A stretch of DNA of 64,000 nucleotides, taken from NCBI GenBank assembly GCA_964579505.1, contig CAZOGC010000015.1:1603-65602 (forward strand), written 5' to 3'. This DNA comes from an uncultured Flavobacteriaceae bacterium (lineage in GTDB: Bacteria > Bacteroidota > Bacteroidia > Flavobacteriales > Flavobacteriaceae). A program made the position numbers and the translations under genes. Numbering within the stretch: position 1 is the stretch's first letter; every line of letters starts with the position of its first letter. The notes under the pieces were generated by a model. The model was not told the DNA's origin. It ran no database searches and worked only from the letters and a program-made list of their open reading frames with translations. Below are positions 50,481 to 60,071 of this stretch, piece by piece.

Positions 50481-51164
50481 ATGAAAAGAGAAGTTTTTGT
50501 GACAGAAGATGGGTCAACTAGTTTACGAATACCCGAATGGGATGAACAATACCACTCTAAACACGGAGCTATTCAGGAGGCTAACCATGTGTATATCAGT
50601 ACAGGCCTCACATATTTTATAGAAAATAAGTATTCAGATTATCCGATTAATATTTTGGAAGTGGGGTTAGGTACCGGATTGAATGCTCTATTAACAGCTC
50701 TTTATGCAGAACAACATACCATACCTATAAATTATAATGCATTAGAGGCATACCCATTATCAGAAAAAGAGTGGCAATCGTTAAATTATCCTACTTGCTT
50801 ATCCGAGGCGCATGCGCAAACAATTTTAGAAAAAATACATCGAGCCGATTGGGGAGTACGAGTGCAAATTTCTCCGTATTTCCAATTAAAAAAAGAACAA
50901 AAGCTATTTCAAGATTTTTCGGAAAAAGCAACAACAGACCTTATTTATTTTGATGCTTTTGGTCCTCAGGTACAACCGGAACTGTGGACGAGTTTTATTT
51001 TTAAAGCAATGTATAAGGCACTAAAAGAAAGGGGAGTATTAACCACTTATTCTGCTAAAGGAAGTGTGCGTAGAACATTGCAATCTGTGGGCTTTACAGT
51101 AGAACGGCTTCCGGGTCCCCCGGGAAAACGAGAAATGCTGCGCGCTGTAAAAGCGCCTTTATAA
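50481..51164 (+). CDS. tRNA 5-methylaminomethyl-2-thiouridine methyltransferase (MnmD / MnmC C-terminal domain-like, DUF752)
   Basis: ILEVGLGTGLN AdoMet motif and IYFDAFGPQVQPELWT, characteristic of the family. Start set at ATG 50481. Confidence 0.7.
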   Translation: MKREVFVTEDGSTSLRIPEWDEQYHSKHGAIQEANHVYISTGLTYFIENKYSDYPINILEVGLGTGLNALLTALYAEQHTIPINYNALEAYPLSEKEWQSLNYPTCLSEAHAQTILEKIHRADWGVRVQISPYFQLKKEQKLFQDFSEKATTDLIYFDAFGPQVQPELWTSFIFKAMYKALKERGVLTTYSAKGSVRRTLQSVGFTVERLPGPPGKREMLRAVKAPL

Positions 51165-51207
51165 GGAAAGAAATAGAGAAAATTGAAACAAACCCTTGTT
51201 AAACTAT

Positions 51208-51215
51208 TATTTTTG
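51208..51215 (+). promoter_or_regulatory. Candidate -7 box TATTTTTG for galT-galK-galM
   Basis: TAnnTTTG, 13 nt upstream of ATG 51229. Confidence 0.5.
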
Positions 51216-51228
51216 AAAAAATTATATA

Positions 51229-52263
51229 ATGATGGAGTCTGAATTTCCTCACATGCGTGTCAATATTCTTACCGGAGAAAAAGTGTTGGTTTCTCCTCAT
51301 CGCAGTAAACGCCCTTGGCAAGGCAAGAAGGAGGAGGCTCATGTAGTCGTAAAAAAACCGTACGAGCCACAATGTTATTTGTGTCCCGGTAATAAACGAG
51401 CTGGTGGAGCACAAAACCCAAATTATAAACAAAACTTCACCTTTGTAAATGATTATTCGGCATTGTTGCCCGAGAGAAGAGAAGATGTTGATAAAAAAGA
51501 TGATATACTTATAGAAGAGAGTATACGTGGTATATGCAAGGTGTTGGTGTTTACGCCTCGTCATGATTTGACTTTGGCAACGATGCCCGAAAAAGATATA
51601 CAAACCGTAGTACAATTATGGAGTGATGAGTTTGAAGAACTTCGAAAAAAAAGCTGGATTAAATATATTCAAATATTTGAAAATAAAGGAGCCATAATGG
51701 GGTGCAGTAACCCACATCCACATGGACAGGTTTGGGCACAAGATCAACTGCCGGTTGAAGTGACAAAAGAAACCACACAACAAAAAAAGTATTTTGAGAA
51801 GCACCATAAGACGCTGTTGAGTGCTTATTTATCGATAGAATGCAAAAAAGAAAAGAGAATTATCTTTCAAAACGATTCTTTTGTGGTGTTGGTGCCATTT
51901 TGGGCTGCCTGGCCCTATGAGACTATGGTTGTGGCGAAACGTTCAGTACAGTATATAACGCAATTTACGCCTGCAGAGAAAGCCGATTTAGCACGAGCAT
52001 TAAAAGTATTAACGGTTAAATACGACAATCTTTTTGAGACGTCGTTTCCGTATTCTGCCGGTATTCATCAGGCTCCGGTAAATGATGGAGAGCACCCTGA
52101 ATGGCATTGGCATATGCATTTTTATCCGCCTTTATTGCGATCGGCTACTGTAAAAAAGTTTATGGTAGGTTATGAGATGATGGCTAATCCGCAACGCGAT
52201 ATTACCGCAGAACTGGCAGCGCAACAATTACAAAATTTATCAACTACTCATTACAGTCTTTAG
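51229..52263 (+). CDS. galT: Galactose-1-phosphate uridylyltransferase
   Basis: CYLCPGN zinc motif and the active site NPHPHGQ. Confidence 0.95.
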   Translation: MMESEFPHMRVNILTGEKVLVSPHRSKRPWQGKKEEAHVVVKKPYEPQCYLCPGNKRAGGAQNPNYKQNFTFVNDYSALLPERREDVDKKDDILIEESIRGICKVLVFTPRHDLTLATMPEKDIQTVVQLWSDEFEELRKKSWIKYIQIFENKGAIMGCSNPHPHGQVWAQDQLPVEVTKETTQQKKYFEKHHKTLLSAYLSIECKKEKRIIFQNDSFVVLVPFWAAWPYETMVVAKRSVQYITQFTPAEKADLARALKVLTVKYDNLFETSFPYSAGIHQAPVNDGEHPEWHWHMHFYPPLLRSATVKKFMVGYEMMANPQRDITAELAAQQLQNLSTTHYSL

Positions 52264-52266
52264 AAT

Positions 52267-53424
52267 ATGTCTATTAAAGAAGAAATCACAAAAATATTTG
52301 AGCAAAAATTCACCAGTTCTCCTGAGGTTGTGGCACAAGCCCCCGGTCGGGTTAATCTTATAGGTGAGCATACAGACTATAATGGTGGTTATGTATTGCC
52401 GTTGGCTATTAATCAATGCGCAGTGGTGGCTGTGGCTAAACGTAATGATCAACACATTTCTTTGTATTCTACACTATTTGATGAACGTTTTGAAATTGCA
52501 CTTGATAAACTTTGTCCACAGCCTCAGCCGGTTTGGGTAAATTATATTTTAGGAGTAATTAATCAACTACAAGAAAAAGGGAAGCCTTTTACAGGGCTTA
52601 ATGTAGTTGTTTCCGGCAATGTACCGCTGGGAGCAGGTCTTTCTTCATCTGCTTCTGTAGAGTGTGCAATAGCGGTGGCTTTAAATGAACTTTTTAAGTT
52701 GCAGTTAACCCGTATGCAATTAGCCAAAACTGCTCAAAAGGCAGAACAAAAGTACGCCGGAGTGAATTGTGGTATTATGGATCATTTTGCTTCTGTATAT
52801 GGAAAAGAGGGGCATGCTGTTCGGTTAGATTGTAATGATTTAAGCTATGCGTATTTTCCGCTAAACTTAGGCGAATACACCCTGCTCTTGCTTAATACTA
52901 ATGTAAAACACTCATTGGCTTCATCGGCTTATAATGAACGTAGAAAAGCTTGTGAAAGGGTAGTGGCTATTGTAGCTGAAAAATACCCTGAAGTAAGCTC
53001 TCTTCGCGATGTTTCTGAGGCTATGCTAGAAGAGTTGGTTCGGATAAATTTTTCGGAGGAATATACAAAAGCTCTTTATGTAGTGGCAGAAATTAAGCGT
53101 GTAGAAAAAGCATCAGAAGCATTGGTTTCTGGAAATCTTGTTGAATTGGGGCGACTGATGTATGCTACTCATGATGGGTTACAACAACACTATAAAGTGA
53201 GTTGTGCAGAACTAGATTTTCTGGTTGATTATGTAGGAAAGATACCGGAAGTATTAGGCGCCCGTATGATGGGAGGAGGTTTTGGCGGCTGTACGCTTAA
53301 TTTGGTTAGAAAAGATTATGTAGAAGAACTAGTTGCAAATATAACCCCACTGTATAAAGAACAATTTAATCTAGCACTTTCTCCTATTCAAGTAAAACCT
53401 TCATCGGGAGCATGCATTTTATAA
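52267..53424 (+). CDS. galK: Galactokinase
   Basis: GRVNLIGEHTDYNGG signature and the GHMP motif PLGAGLSSSAS. Confidence 0.95.
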   Translation: MSIKEEITKIFEQKFTSSPEVVAQAPGRVNLIGEHTDYNGGYVLPLAINQCAVVAVAKRNDQHISLYSTLFDERFEIALDKLCPQPQPVWVNYILGVINQLQEKGKPFTGLNVVVSGNVPLGAGLSSSASVECAIAVALNELFKLQLTRMQLAKTAQKAEQKYAGVNCGIMDHFASVYGKEGHAVRLDCNDLSYAYFPLNLGEYTLLLLNTNVKHSLASSAYNERRKACERVVAIVAEKYPEVSSLRDVSEAMLEELVRINFSEEYTKALYVVAEIKRVEKASEALVSGNLVELGRLMYATHDGLQQHYKVSCAELDFLVDYVGKIPEVLGARMMGGGFGGCTLNLVRKDYVEELVANITPLYKEQFNLALSPIQVKPSSGACIL

Positions 53425-53433
53425 ACTATAAAA

Positions 53434-54498
53434 ATGAATTCATTGAATACACCCCAAATAAAAGACTTTCAGAGCAACAATTTATCTAAAGAAACTACTT
53501 TAATCAAGTTGCAAAACAAAACCATGCAAGTGCTGTTAACCAACTATGGGGCTCGTATTGTGAGTATTATAGTACCCGATAAAGATGGAAATAGAGTAGA
53601 TGTAAACTTGGGCCATCTTACGCTTAAAGAATACCAAAAGGAGAAAGCAAATTATTATGGAGCGGTAATTGGTAGAGTTTGCGGAAGGATTCGTAAGGCG
53701 CAATTTTCAGTGGGTAAAGAAAATTATAAATTACCGGCTAACGAAGGTAAAAACATGCTTCACGGAGGTGTAGAGGGTTTTCATACACGGGTTTTTTCTG
53801 TAGAAAAACAAACGGATACTCAAGTGATTTTATCCTATTTTTCTCCCGATGGTGAAGAGGGGTTTCCCGGCAATTTAACGCTTACGGTGACGTATGAACT
53901 GACCCCAAAAAATGAGCTGAAAATTACCTATACGGCCATAGCCAATCAAACTACTCCTTTTAACGTAACCAACCACGCTTTTTTTAATTTAAATGGAGAA
54001 GGAAATGGAGATGTTTTGCAACATCAATTACAAATTTTTGCGGATAGATACACCTCCATTTCCGCAGATTTATTACCTACCGGAAAATTTAATACGGTAG
54101 AACAAACGGCTTTTGATTTTACACAACCCAAAACTATTGGAAGGGATATAAATTTAGAAGATGACCAATTAAAATATGGAAATGGCTATGACCATACGTT
54201 TGTTTTAAAAGATGCGTTTACTGCTGAAATGTTACACGCAGCGCGTGTAAAAGGGGAGGAGACAGGTATTGTGATGAATTGTTATACCAATCAACCGGGA
54301 GTACATTTATATACAGGAAACTTTATGGATGATGTTTTTTCATTAAAAACCGGAAAAAGCGATACACGTAGAGCCGCTTTTTGTCTAGAAACACAGCATT
54401 TTTCTGATGCTATGAGTTATAATCATTTTCCATCAATAGTGTTAGAGCCGCATAAGTCTTTTAACAGTCAAACGATTTTTGCTTTTTCAATAGCATAA
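53434..54498 (+). CDS. galM: Aldose 1-epimerase (galactose mutarotase)
   Basis: NMLHGG, FNVTNHAFFNL and FCLETQHF motifs. Confidence 0.9.
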   Translation: MNSLNTPQIKDFQSNNLSKETTLIKLQNKTMQVLLTNYGARIVSIIVPDKDGNRVDVNLGHLTLKEYQKEKANYYGAVIGRVCGRIRKAQFSVGKENYKLPANEGKNMLHGGVEGFHTRVFSVEKQTDTQVILSYFSPDGEEGFPGNLTLTVTYELTPKNELKITYTAIANQTTPFNVTNHAFFNLNGEGNGDVLQHQLQIFADRYTSISADLLPTGKFNTVEQTAFDFTQPKTIGRDINLEDDQLKYGNGYDHTFVLKDAFTAEMLHAARVKGEETGIVMNCYTNQPGVHLYTGNFMDDVFSLKTGKSDTRRAAFCLETQHFSDAMSYNHFPSIVLEPHKSFNSQTIFAFSIA

Positions 54499-54516
54499 TC
54501 GCAACGTGTTTGTACT

Positions 54517-54744
54517 TTATTCTTCGGGTGTCTTTTCGTTTGGTTTTTCACTTTTTCCAAACATCCAGAGAAGAGTCATTATTATGCCAAAGACGATATA
54601 GGTTAAACCACTCCACAAGTTGGTATTCTCAGATTTTTCTGCAGCGGTGGTCAGTAGAAAAGAGCCACAAACTAAGATGATGCCGGTAATGAAAAAAAAG
54701 AGGCCAATGATAAACCGAAGATCAAGAATATTTTTATTTTTCAT
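54517..54744 (-). CDS. Small two-TM membrane protein downstream of the symporter
   Basis: 75-aa ORF with two hydrophobic helices, 21 nt after the symporter stop on the same strand. Confidence 0.5.
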   Translation of the reverse strand: MKNKNILDLRFIIGLFFFITGIILVCGSFLLTTAAEKSENTNLWSGLTYIVFGIIMTLLWMFGKSEKPNEKTPEE

Positions 54745-54764
54745 AATAGTAAATAGTTAGGTTC

Positions 54765-56414
54765 TTATATGAAAATGATGTTGAGAATAGCGGTTAACAC
54801 TAAAATAAATAGGCCAATATATACTGGTCTCTTATACCAAACTATGTCTTTTGCTTTGGGTTTAGGGGTAAGACTGTACACTAGTCCGACCAGTTTTTTC
54901 TCCGGATGCGGTTTGGTAAACCAGCTAATAATCACCGTTAAAATAAAACAAGTAGCAAAAGCAATAAGCGCTACCATAAAGCTTTGTGCCATGCTCGAAC
55001 TAAACTCGTGTAAGTTAGCAATGGCTCCGCCTTTTCCTTCAGCAGTAGTCAGGTTGTACGTTAGAGCAGCAGATAGGGTTCCGCCAATAAGCCCGTAGAA
55101 AGCCCCATTGGCAGTAGATTTCTTCCAGAACATACCCAAAGCAAAGGTGGCAAACAACGGAGCATTAACAAACCCGAATACCAATTGAAGAAAATCCATA
55201 ATATTGTCAAAACTACTGGCTAGGTAGGCCGTTCCGATAGAGGCTATAATTCCAAATACAGTGGCCCATCGGCCTACTTTTAAATAGTGTTTATCGCTTT
55301 TTCCCGGTCTGATGTAAGACTCGTATATGTCGTATGTCCATACGGTGTTAAAAGCGGTTACGTTTCCGGCCATACCCGACATAAAAGAAGCAAACAAAGC
55401 GGTAAGTCCAATTCCTAAAATTCCGCTAGGATAAAACTCACTGAGAAGTGAGGGCAATACATAATTGTAGTTGGTTTCTCCATTTACCACCGGGATGGTG
55501 TAGCCGGAATGCATTGCCACCATGGCTGCAGCAATTAGCCCCGGAATAATAACGATAAAAGGCATGAGCATTTTAGGAAAAGCAGCAATAAGGGGGGTTT
55601 TCTGAGCAGATCTCATGTTGCGGGTTACCATAGCGCGCTGTACTACCAAAAAGTCGGTACACCAGTAACCAAATGAAAGAACAAACCCGAGCCCCATTAA
55701 CATCTGCCACCAGTTTACCCCCATGGGATTATCACTTGCATCGCCCATATATTCCCATGCATGGGTCATAGAATCAGGTAGACGTTCTACAATACCTTCC
55801 CACCCCCCTACATGGTGTAGGCCAATAAAAACAAGGGGAGCAATACCCAATACAATCAAAAAAAACTGAAGAACTTCGTTGTAAACCGCACTTGTTAGTC
55901 CCCCTAAAAATGTGTAAGCCAAAACAATGCCGGAAGCTAAGATAATAGAAAAAGTAAAGTTCCACCCCAAGATAACTTCAAATAAGATAGCCAGTCCATA
56001 GAGAGAAATACCCGAAGAAAATACGGTCATAATAGCAAAGGTTATGGCATTAAATCCGCGTGTTTTTTCATCAAATCGTTTAGCTAGATACTCCGGTACC
56101 GAGCGTACTTTGCTTCCATAATAAAAAGGCATCATAAAAATACCCAAGAAAACCATAGCCGGGATAGCACCTAGCCAATAAAAATGGCTGGTCATAATAC
56201 CGTATTTGGCTCCGGATGCTGACATGCCGAGTACTTCCTGAGCTCCGAGATTTGCCGATATAAAGGCCAGACTAGTAATCCATAGTGGAATAGAACGCCC
56301 GCTTAATAAAAAATCACTACTAGTTTTTACTTTCTTTTTAATAAGAAAACCAATGCCCAAAACGAAGGCAAAATAGAGGCCGATAATCAGATAATCAATA
56401 AAACCTAGCGTCAT
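54765..56414 (-). CDS. Sodium:solute symporter (SGLT-like sugar transporter)
   Basis: 549-aa polytopic ORF with the SSF pattern. Divergent from the gal operon. Confidence 0.8.
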   Translation of the reverse strand: MTLGFIDYLIIGLYFAFVLGIGFLIKKKVKTSSDFLLSGRSIPLWITSLAFISANLGAQEVLGMSASGAKYGIMTSHFYWLGAIPAMVFLGIFMMPFYYGSKVRSVPEYLAKRFDEKTRGFNAITFAIMTVFSSGISLYGLAILFEVILGWNFTFSIILASGIVLAYTFLGGLTSAVYNEVLQFFLIVLGIAPLVFIGLHHVGGWEGIVERLPDSMTHAWEYMGDASDNPMGVNWWQMLMGLGFVLSFGYWCTDFLVVQRAMVTRNMRSAQKTPLIAAFPKMLMPFIVIIPGLIAAAMVAMHSGYTIPVVNGETNYNYVLPSLLSEFYPSGILGIGLTALFASFMSGMAGNVTAFNTVWTYDIYESYIRPGKSDKHYLKVGRWATVFGIIASIGTAYLASSFDNIMDFLQLVFGFVNAPLFATFALGMFWKKSTANGAFYGLIGGTLSAALTYNLTTAEGKGGAIANLHEFSSSMAQSFMVALIAFATCFILTVIISWFTKPHPEKKLVGLVYSLTPKPKAKDIVWYKRPVYIGLFILVLTAILNIIFI

Positions 56415-56698
56415 AAAATGTGTAGAGATTAAGAGGTAATTATGTTATGAAAGGACTAAAATAATTTTTTTTGTTTAATGAGAATCGAAAAAAATCACAA
56501 AACTTATTATAAAATTTATATTTAGGATAACGAGGGGGTATTCTTAGTTATGTAATGAGCTCAGTGTTAATTATTTGAAATAGGTGTTCAATTTTACGTA
56601 AGTTTGGAGTTTGGCAGATTTTTTGAATGCTTATATTTGAGAAACGATTGGCTGTAAAAAAGCAGATTAATTTAACGGTAATAGCAAAAACGACAATA

Positions 56699-57370
56699 AT
56701 GAAATATGTCTTTCTGATTTTGATAATATTAGTGGGGTCTAGCGTGTATGCGCAAGTAGATGATTCTAAACTAAAGAAAAACGATAAACATATCGGGGAG
56801 CGCCATATAGGTAAAAAAATAAAAAAGATAGGAGAAATACGCCATATAGGCAAAGGGTTTAAAATTGATGACAATTCTAAAAATATATTTGGTCTTCCCA
56901 ATAAGGTTTCTTTTGACATAAAAAAAGATAACCAGGGAGTAGATATGACGAAACAAAAACAATTTGTTACACCGCGTGTAAATATTAACCCTAACTATTT
57001 AAGACGAAAAGAAGGAAGGGTAAAAGAAGAATACAGTCAGCCGCAAGATTTGGGAACTTACAGGACCAAAGGAAAATTTGTTATAATTAGTTGGCGAGAC
57101 TCACAGGTGGTGGATGGAGATCGTGTAAATATTATTGTAAATGATACTGTAGTTGCCCGAAATGTAACTTTATTAGGAAATTATAGCCGTCTGCGTGTAA
57201 ACTTAGGAAATGGATTTACAAAGGTTAAAATTAGAGCATTAAATCAAGGAGAATCCGGTCCTAATACAGCCGACTTTAAGGTAGTTGATGAATACGGGAA
57301 AGTACTTACTCACGATCTTTGGAATCTTACCACCGGAACAATTGCACATTTATTAATTATCAAAGATTAA
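56699..57370 (+). CDS. Hypothetical secreted protein with N-terminal (R)HIGK repeats
   Basis: Start set at ATG 56699 (MKYVFLILIILVGSSVYAQ). KHIGERHIGKKIKKIGEIRHIGKG repeat region. Beta-rich C-terminal domain ending ALNQGESGPNTADFKVVD.... Confidence 0.55.
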   Translation: MKYVFLILIILVGSSVYAQVDDSKLKKNDKHIGERHIGKKIKKIGEIRHIGKGFKIDDNSKNIFGLPNKVSFDIKKDNQGVDMTKQKQFVTPRVNINPNYLRRKEGRVKEEYSQPQDLGTYRTKGKFVIISWRDSQVVDGDRVNIIVNDTVVARNVTLLGNYSRLRVNLGNGFTKVKIRALNQGESGPNTADFKVVDEYGKVLTHDLWNLTTGTIAHLLIIKD

Positions 57371-57432
57371 AATCATATACACATCTGTTTACCAGTGATT
57401 TGTATTACTTAATATATAGTTTTACTATAAAT

Positions 57433-57462
57433 AAAAAGGAGGTCTTTTTTGACCTCCTTTTT
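57433..57462. terminator. Bidirectional intrinsic terminator between convergent genes
   Basis: 12-bp stem AAAAAGGAGGTC / GACCTCCTTTTT with a TTTTTT loop. A- and T-tracts lie on either side. Confidence 0.8.
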
Positions 57463-57483
57463 ATTGCGATTTATGGCTAATGA

Positions 57484-58467
57484 CTAAGCAGAAATCGTGT
57501 CTTCTTCGTTAGCAGTTTTTTCTACAGTACCTAAATAGCGCTCAGCATCTAAGGCTGCCATACAACCTGAACCGGCAGCAGTAATGGCTTGTCTGTATTC
57601 TTTATCTTGTACGTCACCACATGCAAAAACACCAGGTGTTTGGGTATGCGATCCTTTTCCATGGGTAATCAAATAGCCGGTATTATCCATCTCTAATTGT
57701 CCTTTAAAAATATCGGTATTAGGTTTGTGTCCTATGGCTAGAAAAAATCCGGTTATTTTTAGGTCTTCTGTTTCTTGTGTTTTGTTGTTTATAACTCGTA
57801 AACCTTCAACAACATTTTCACCCAAAACTTCTTTTGTCTCTGTATTGTAACGAACTTCTATATTTTTGGTATTTTCTACTCGATGCTGCATAGCTTTAGA
57901 AGCACGCATTTCATCACGTCGAACCAGCATAGTTACTTTGTTACAAATATTGGCTAGATATGTTGCGTCTTCGCAGGCGGTATCTCCTCCACCTACAACT
58001 GCTACATCTTGTCCTTTGTAAAAAAAGCCATCACAAACAGCACAGGCAGAAACACCACCTCCACGTAAACGTTGTTCACTGGGCAGTCCGAGGTATTTAG
58101 CAGTAGCCCCCGTAGCTATAATTACGGTTTGTGCTTCGAGCCATTCTTTATCGTCTATGCAAACGCGGTGCACTCCTCCATGTTTAGTGCTAAACTCTAC
58201 TTTCGTAGCCAAACCCATATTTACTTTGGTATCAAACCGTTCTGCTTGTTGTTGCAAATCAACCATTAGCTGAGGCCCATCAATTCCTTTCGGATAGCCC
58301 GGAAAATTATCTACTTCGGTGGTAGTGGTCAATTGCCCGCCGGGTTCCATACCGGTATATAAAATAGGTTTCATGTCTGCGCGCGCTGCGTAAATAGCCG
58401 CAGTATAGCCTGCAGGACCTGAACCAATAATTAAGCATTTAATCGGTTGCGTGTCTTGTTTTGCCAT
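57484..58467 (-). CDS. trxB: Thioredoxin-disulfide reductase
   Basis: GSGPAGYTAA FAD motif, redox centre CAVCDG, and the GGGDTA NADPH motif. Confidence 0.95.
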   Translation of the reverse strand: MAKQDTQPIKCLIIGSGPAGYTAAIYAARADMKPILYTGMEPGGQLTTTTEVDNFPGYPKGIDGPQLMVDLQQQAERFDTKVNMGLATKVEFSTKHGGVHRVCIDDKEWLEAQTVIIATGATAKYLGLPSEQRLRGGGVSACAVCDGFFYKGQDVAVVGGGDTACEDATYLANICNKVTMLVRRDEMRASKAMQHRVENTKNIEVRYNTETKEVLGENVVEGLRVINNKTQETEDLKITGFFLAIGHKPNTDIFKGQLEMDNTGYLITHGKGSHTQTPGVFACGDVQDKEYRQAITAAGSGCMAALDAERYLGTVEKTANEEDTISA

Positions 58468-58486
58468 AGTTAAGTATTTAGTTGGA

Positions 58487-58494
58487 CAAATATA
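58487..58494 (-). promoter_or_regulatory. Candidate -7 box (TATATTTG) for trxB
   Basis: CAAATATA on the plus strand, 19 nt upstream of the trxB ATG at 58467. Confidence 0.5.
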
Positions 58495-58687
58495 AACTTT
58501 TACCTTCCTCGTCCATTCATTTTAAGTTGATTTTAGGAACCCGGTCCTCGAAGACATAAATGTATGATAATGTTTTTAGAGATGTTTTTGTATATTAAAA
58601 TATTGTTAATCAATTGGTTGTAAGTATAAGTTATTGATTTTTATTCCTTCTTTTAAGAGGTGAAAAAGTTGAGTTAGATGCGTAAAT

Positions 58688-58987
58688 TTGGTTACCCCAA
58701 ACTCAAAAATAGGCTCCATGGGGCGAGTGGTTTTGGTGGGGTTGTCTAACAAAATATTGCCGGTAGACACCTATCGCGAAATCTTGGGCAATGAGGTAGA
58801 GCTTATTGGCTCTAATGATCATCGTTTACAAGAATTACCAAAGTTAATAGAATTTGTAAACCGCAAACAGCTAGATATATCAGAAGAGGTTACGCAAACC
58901 ATTCTTTTAGAGGTAAAAGCTATTAATGAAACACTTCGCAATTTAAGTCAATTTAAATCAGGGGTGTGCACCGTTATAGTTCCTTGA
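58688..58987 (+). pseudogene. C-terminal remnant of a zinc-type (MDR) alcohol/threonine dehydrogenase
   Basis: Only ~95 codons, opening at a TTG. GRVVLVGLSNKILPVDTYREILGNEVELIGSNDH...VCTVIVP matches the last third of MDR dehydrogenases. An in-frame stop lies at 58670 and no N-terminal catalytic domain is present. Confidence 0.6.
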
Positions 58988-59048
58988 TAACCAAGCTTTC
59001 CTAAGTGCTATATTATTTGTATTTTTGAGGGGAAAAACGGGCGGTTTC

Positions 59049-59056
59049 TACCTTTG
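59049..59056 (+). promoter_or_regulatory. Candidate -7 box TACCTTTG for the prp operon
   Basis: TAnnTTTG, 124 nt upstream of the prpB ATG. A second match, TATTTTTG, lies at 59020..59027. Confidence 0.35.
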
Positions 59057-59180
59057 TTATAGAAGTCTTTAAAGAAGGAGATAAAACCAAATAAATAGGT
59101 GTTTTATCGTATTATATCACGTATCCTTTTCCTAATGATTTAAAGTGATTTAAGAGAAACCTACTGCAAAAAAACTATAA

Positions 59181-60071
59181 ATGACAACATCTTTCAATTC
59201 TCCCGGAAAACGATTTCGGGAAGCCATGCAAAAAGAAAAACCGCTTCAAATTGTAGGCGCTACAACGGCCAACCACGCTTTACTGGCACAACAAGTCGGG
59301 TTTAATGCCCTTTACCTTTCTGGTGGTGGAGTAGCCGCTGGTTCGTTAGGAATTCCCGATTTGGGGATTACAAACCTAGAAGACGTGTTGATAGATATTC
59401 GACGTATTACCAACGTTACCGATTTACCTCTGTTAGTAGATATAGATACCGGGTTTGGCCCTTCTGCATTTAATATTGCCCGAACGGTAAAAGAACTGAT
59501 TCGCAACGGAGCCGCGGCCTTGCATATGGAAGATCAAGTAGGCGCTAAACGCTGTGGCCATCGCCCTAATAAAGAATTGGTTTCTACGCAAGAAATGGTT
59601 GATCGGGTAAAAGCTGCCGCCGATGCGCGCACAGATGAAAATTTTGTAATTGGTGCTCGTACCGATGCCTTTGCAAATGAAGGCTTAGAAGGTGCTTTAG
59701 CGCGTGCAGTGGCCTATAAAGAGGCAGGAGCCGATTTTATTTTTGCGGAAGCCGTCCCGGATATTACATACTATCATAAATTTGTAGAAGCTACCGGTAT
59801 CCCGGTGTTGGCAAATATTACTGAGTTTGGTAAGATTGATATGTACACAGTTGAAGAATTAAAAGCCGCAGAAGTAGGACTCATTTTATATCCACTTTCT
59901 GCTTTTAGAGCAGCTAATAAAGCAGCCCAAAATGTATATAGCCATATACGCAAGGAAGGCACTCAAAAAAATGTGCTTAACACCATGCAAACACGTCAAG
60001 AGTTGTATGAAAGTATAGGGTATTACGACTACGAAAAAAAACTGGATCAACTTTTTAAACGGAAAAAATGA
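59181..60071 (+). CDS. prpB: 2-methylisocitrate lyase
   Basis: [13 protein letters not shown] active-site region of the ICL/PEP-mutase family. Located in a prpBCD cluster. Confidence 0.9.
   Translation: MTTSFNSPGKRFREAMQKEKPLQIVGATTANHALLAQQVGFNALYLSGGGVAAGSLGIPDLGITNLEDVLIDIRRITNVTDLPLLVDIDTGFGPSAFNIARTVKELIRNGAAALHMEDQVGAKRCGHRPNKELVSTQEMVDRVKAAADARTDENFVIGARTDAFANEGLEGALARAVAYKEAGADFIFAEAVPDITYYHKFVEATGIPVLANITEFGKIDMYTVEELKAAEVGLILYPLSAFRAANKAAQNVYSHIRKEGTQKNVLNTMQTRQELYESIGYYDYEKKLDQLFKRKK

Noticed and set aside
51199-51615. 138-aa minus-strand ORF
   Set aside because: It is antisense to the 5' part of galT, whose identity is unambiguous (HPHGQ, CxxC).
56548-56919. 123-aa minus-strand ORF
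   Set aside because: It overlaps the promoter and 5' end of the signal-peptide-bearing gene at 56699. It is Ile/Phe/Leu-rich, a typical AT-rich shadow frame.
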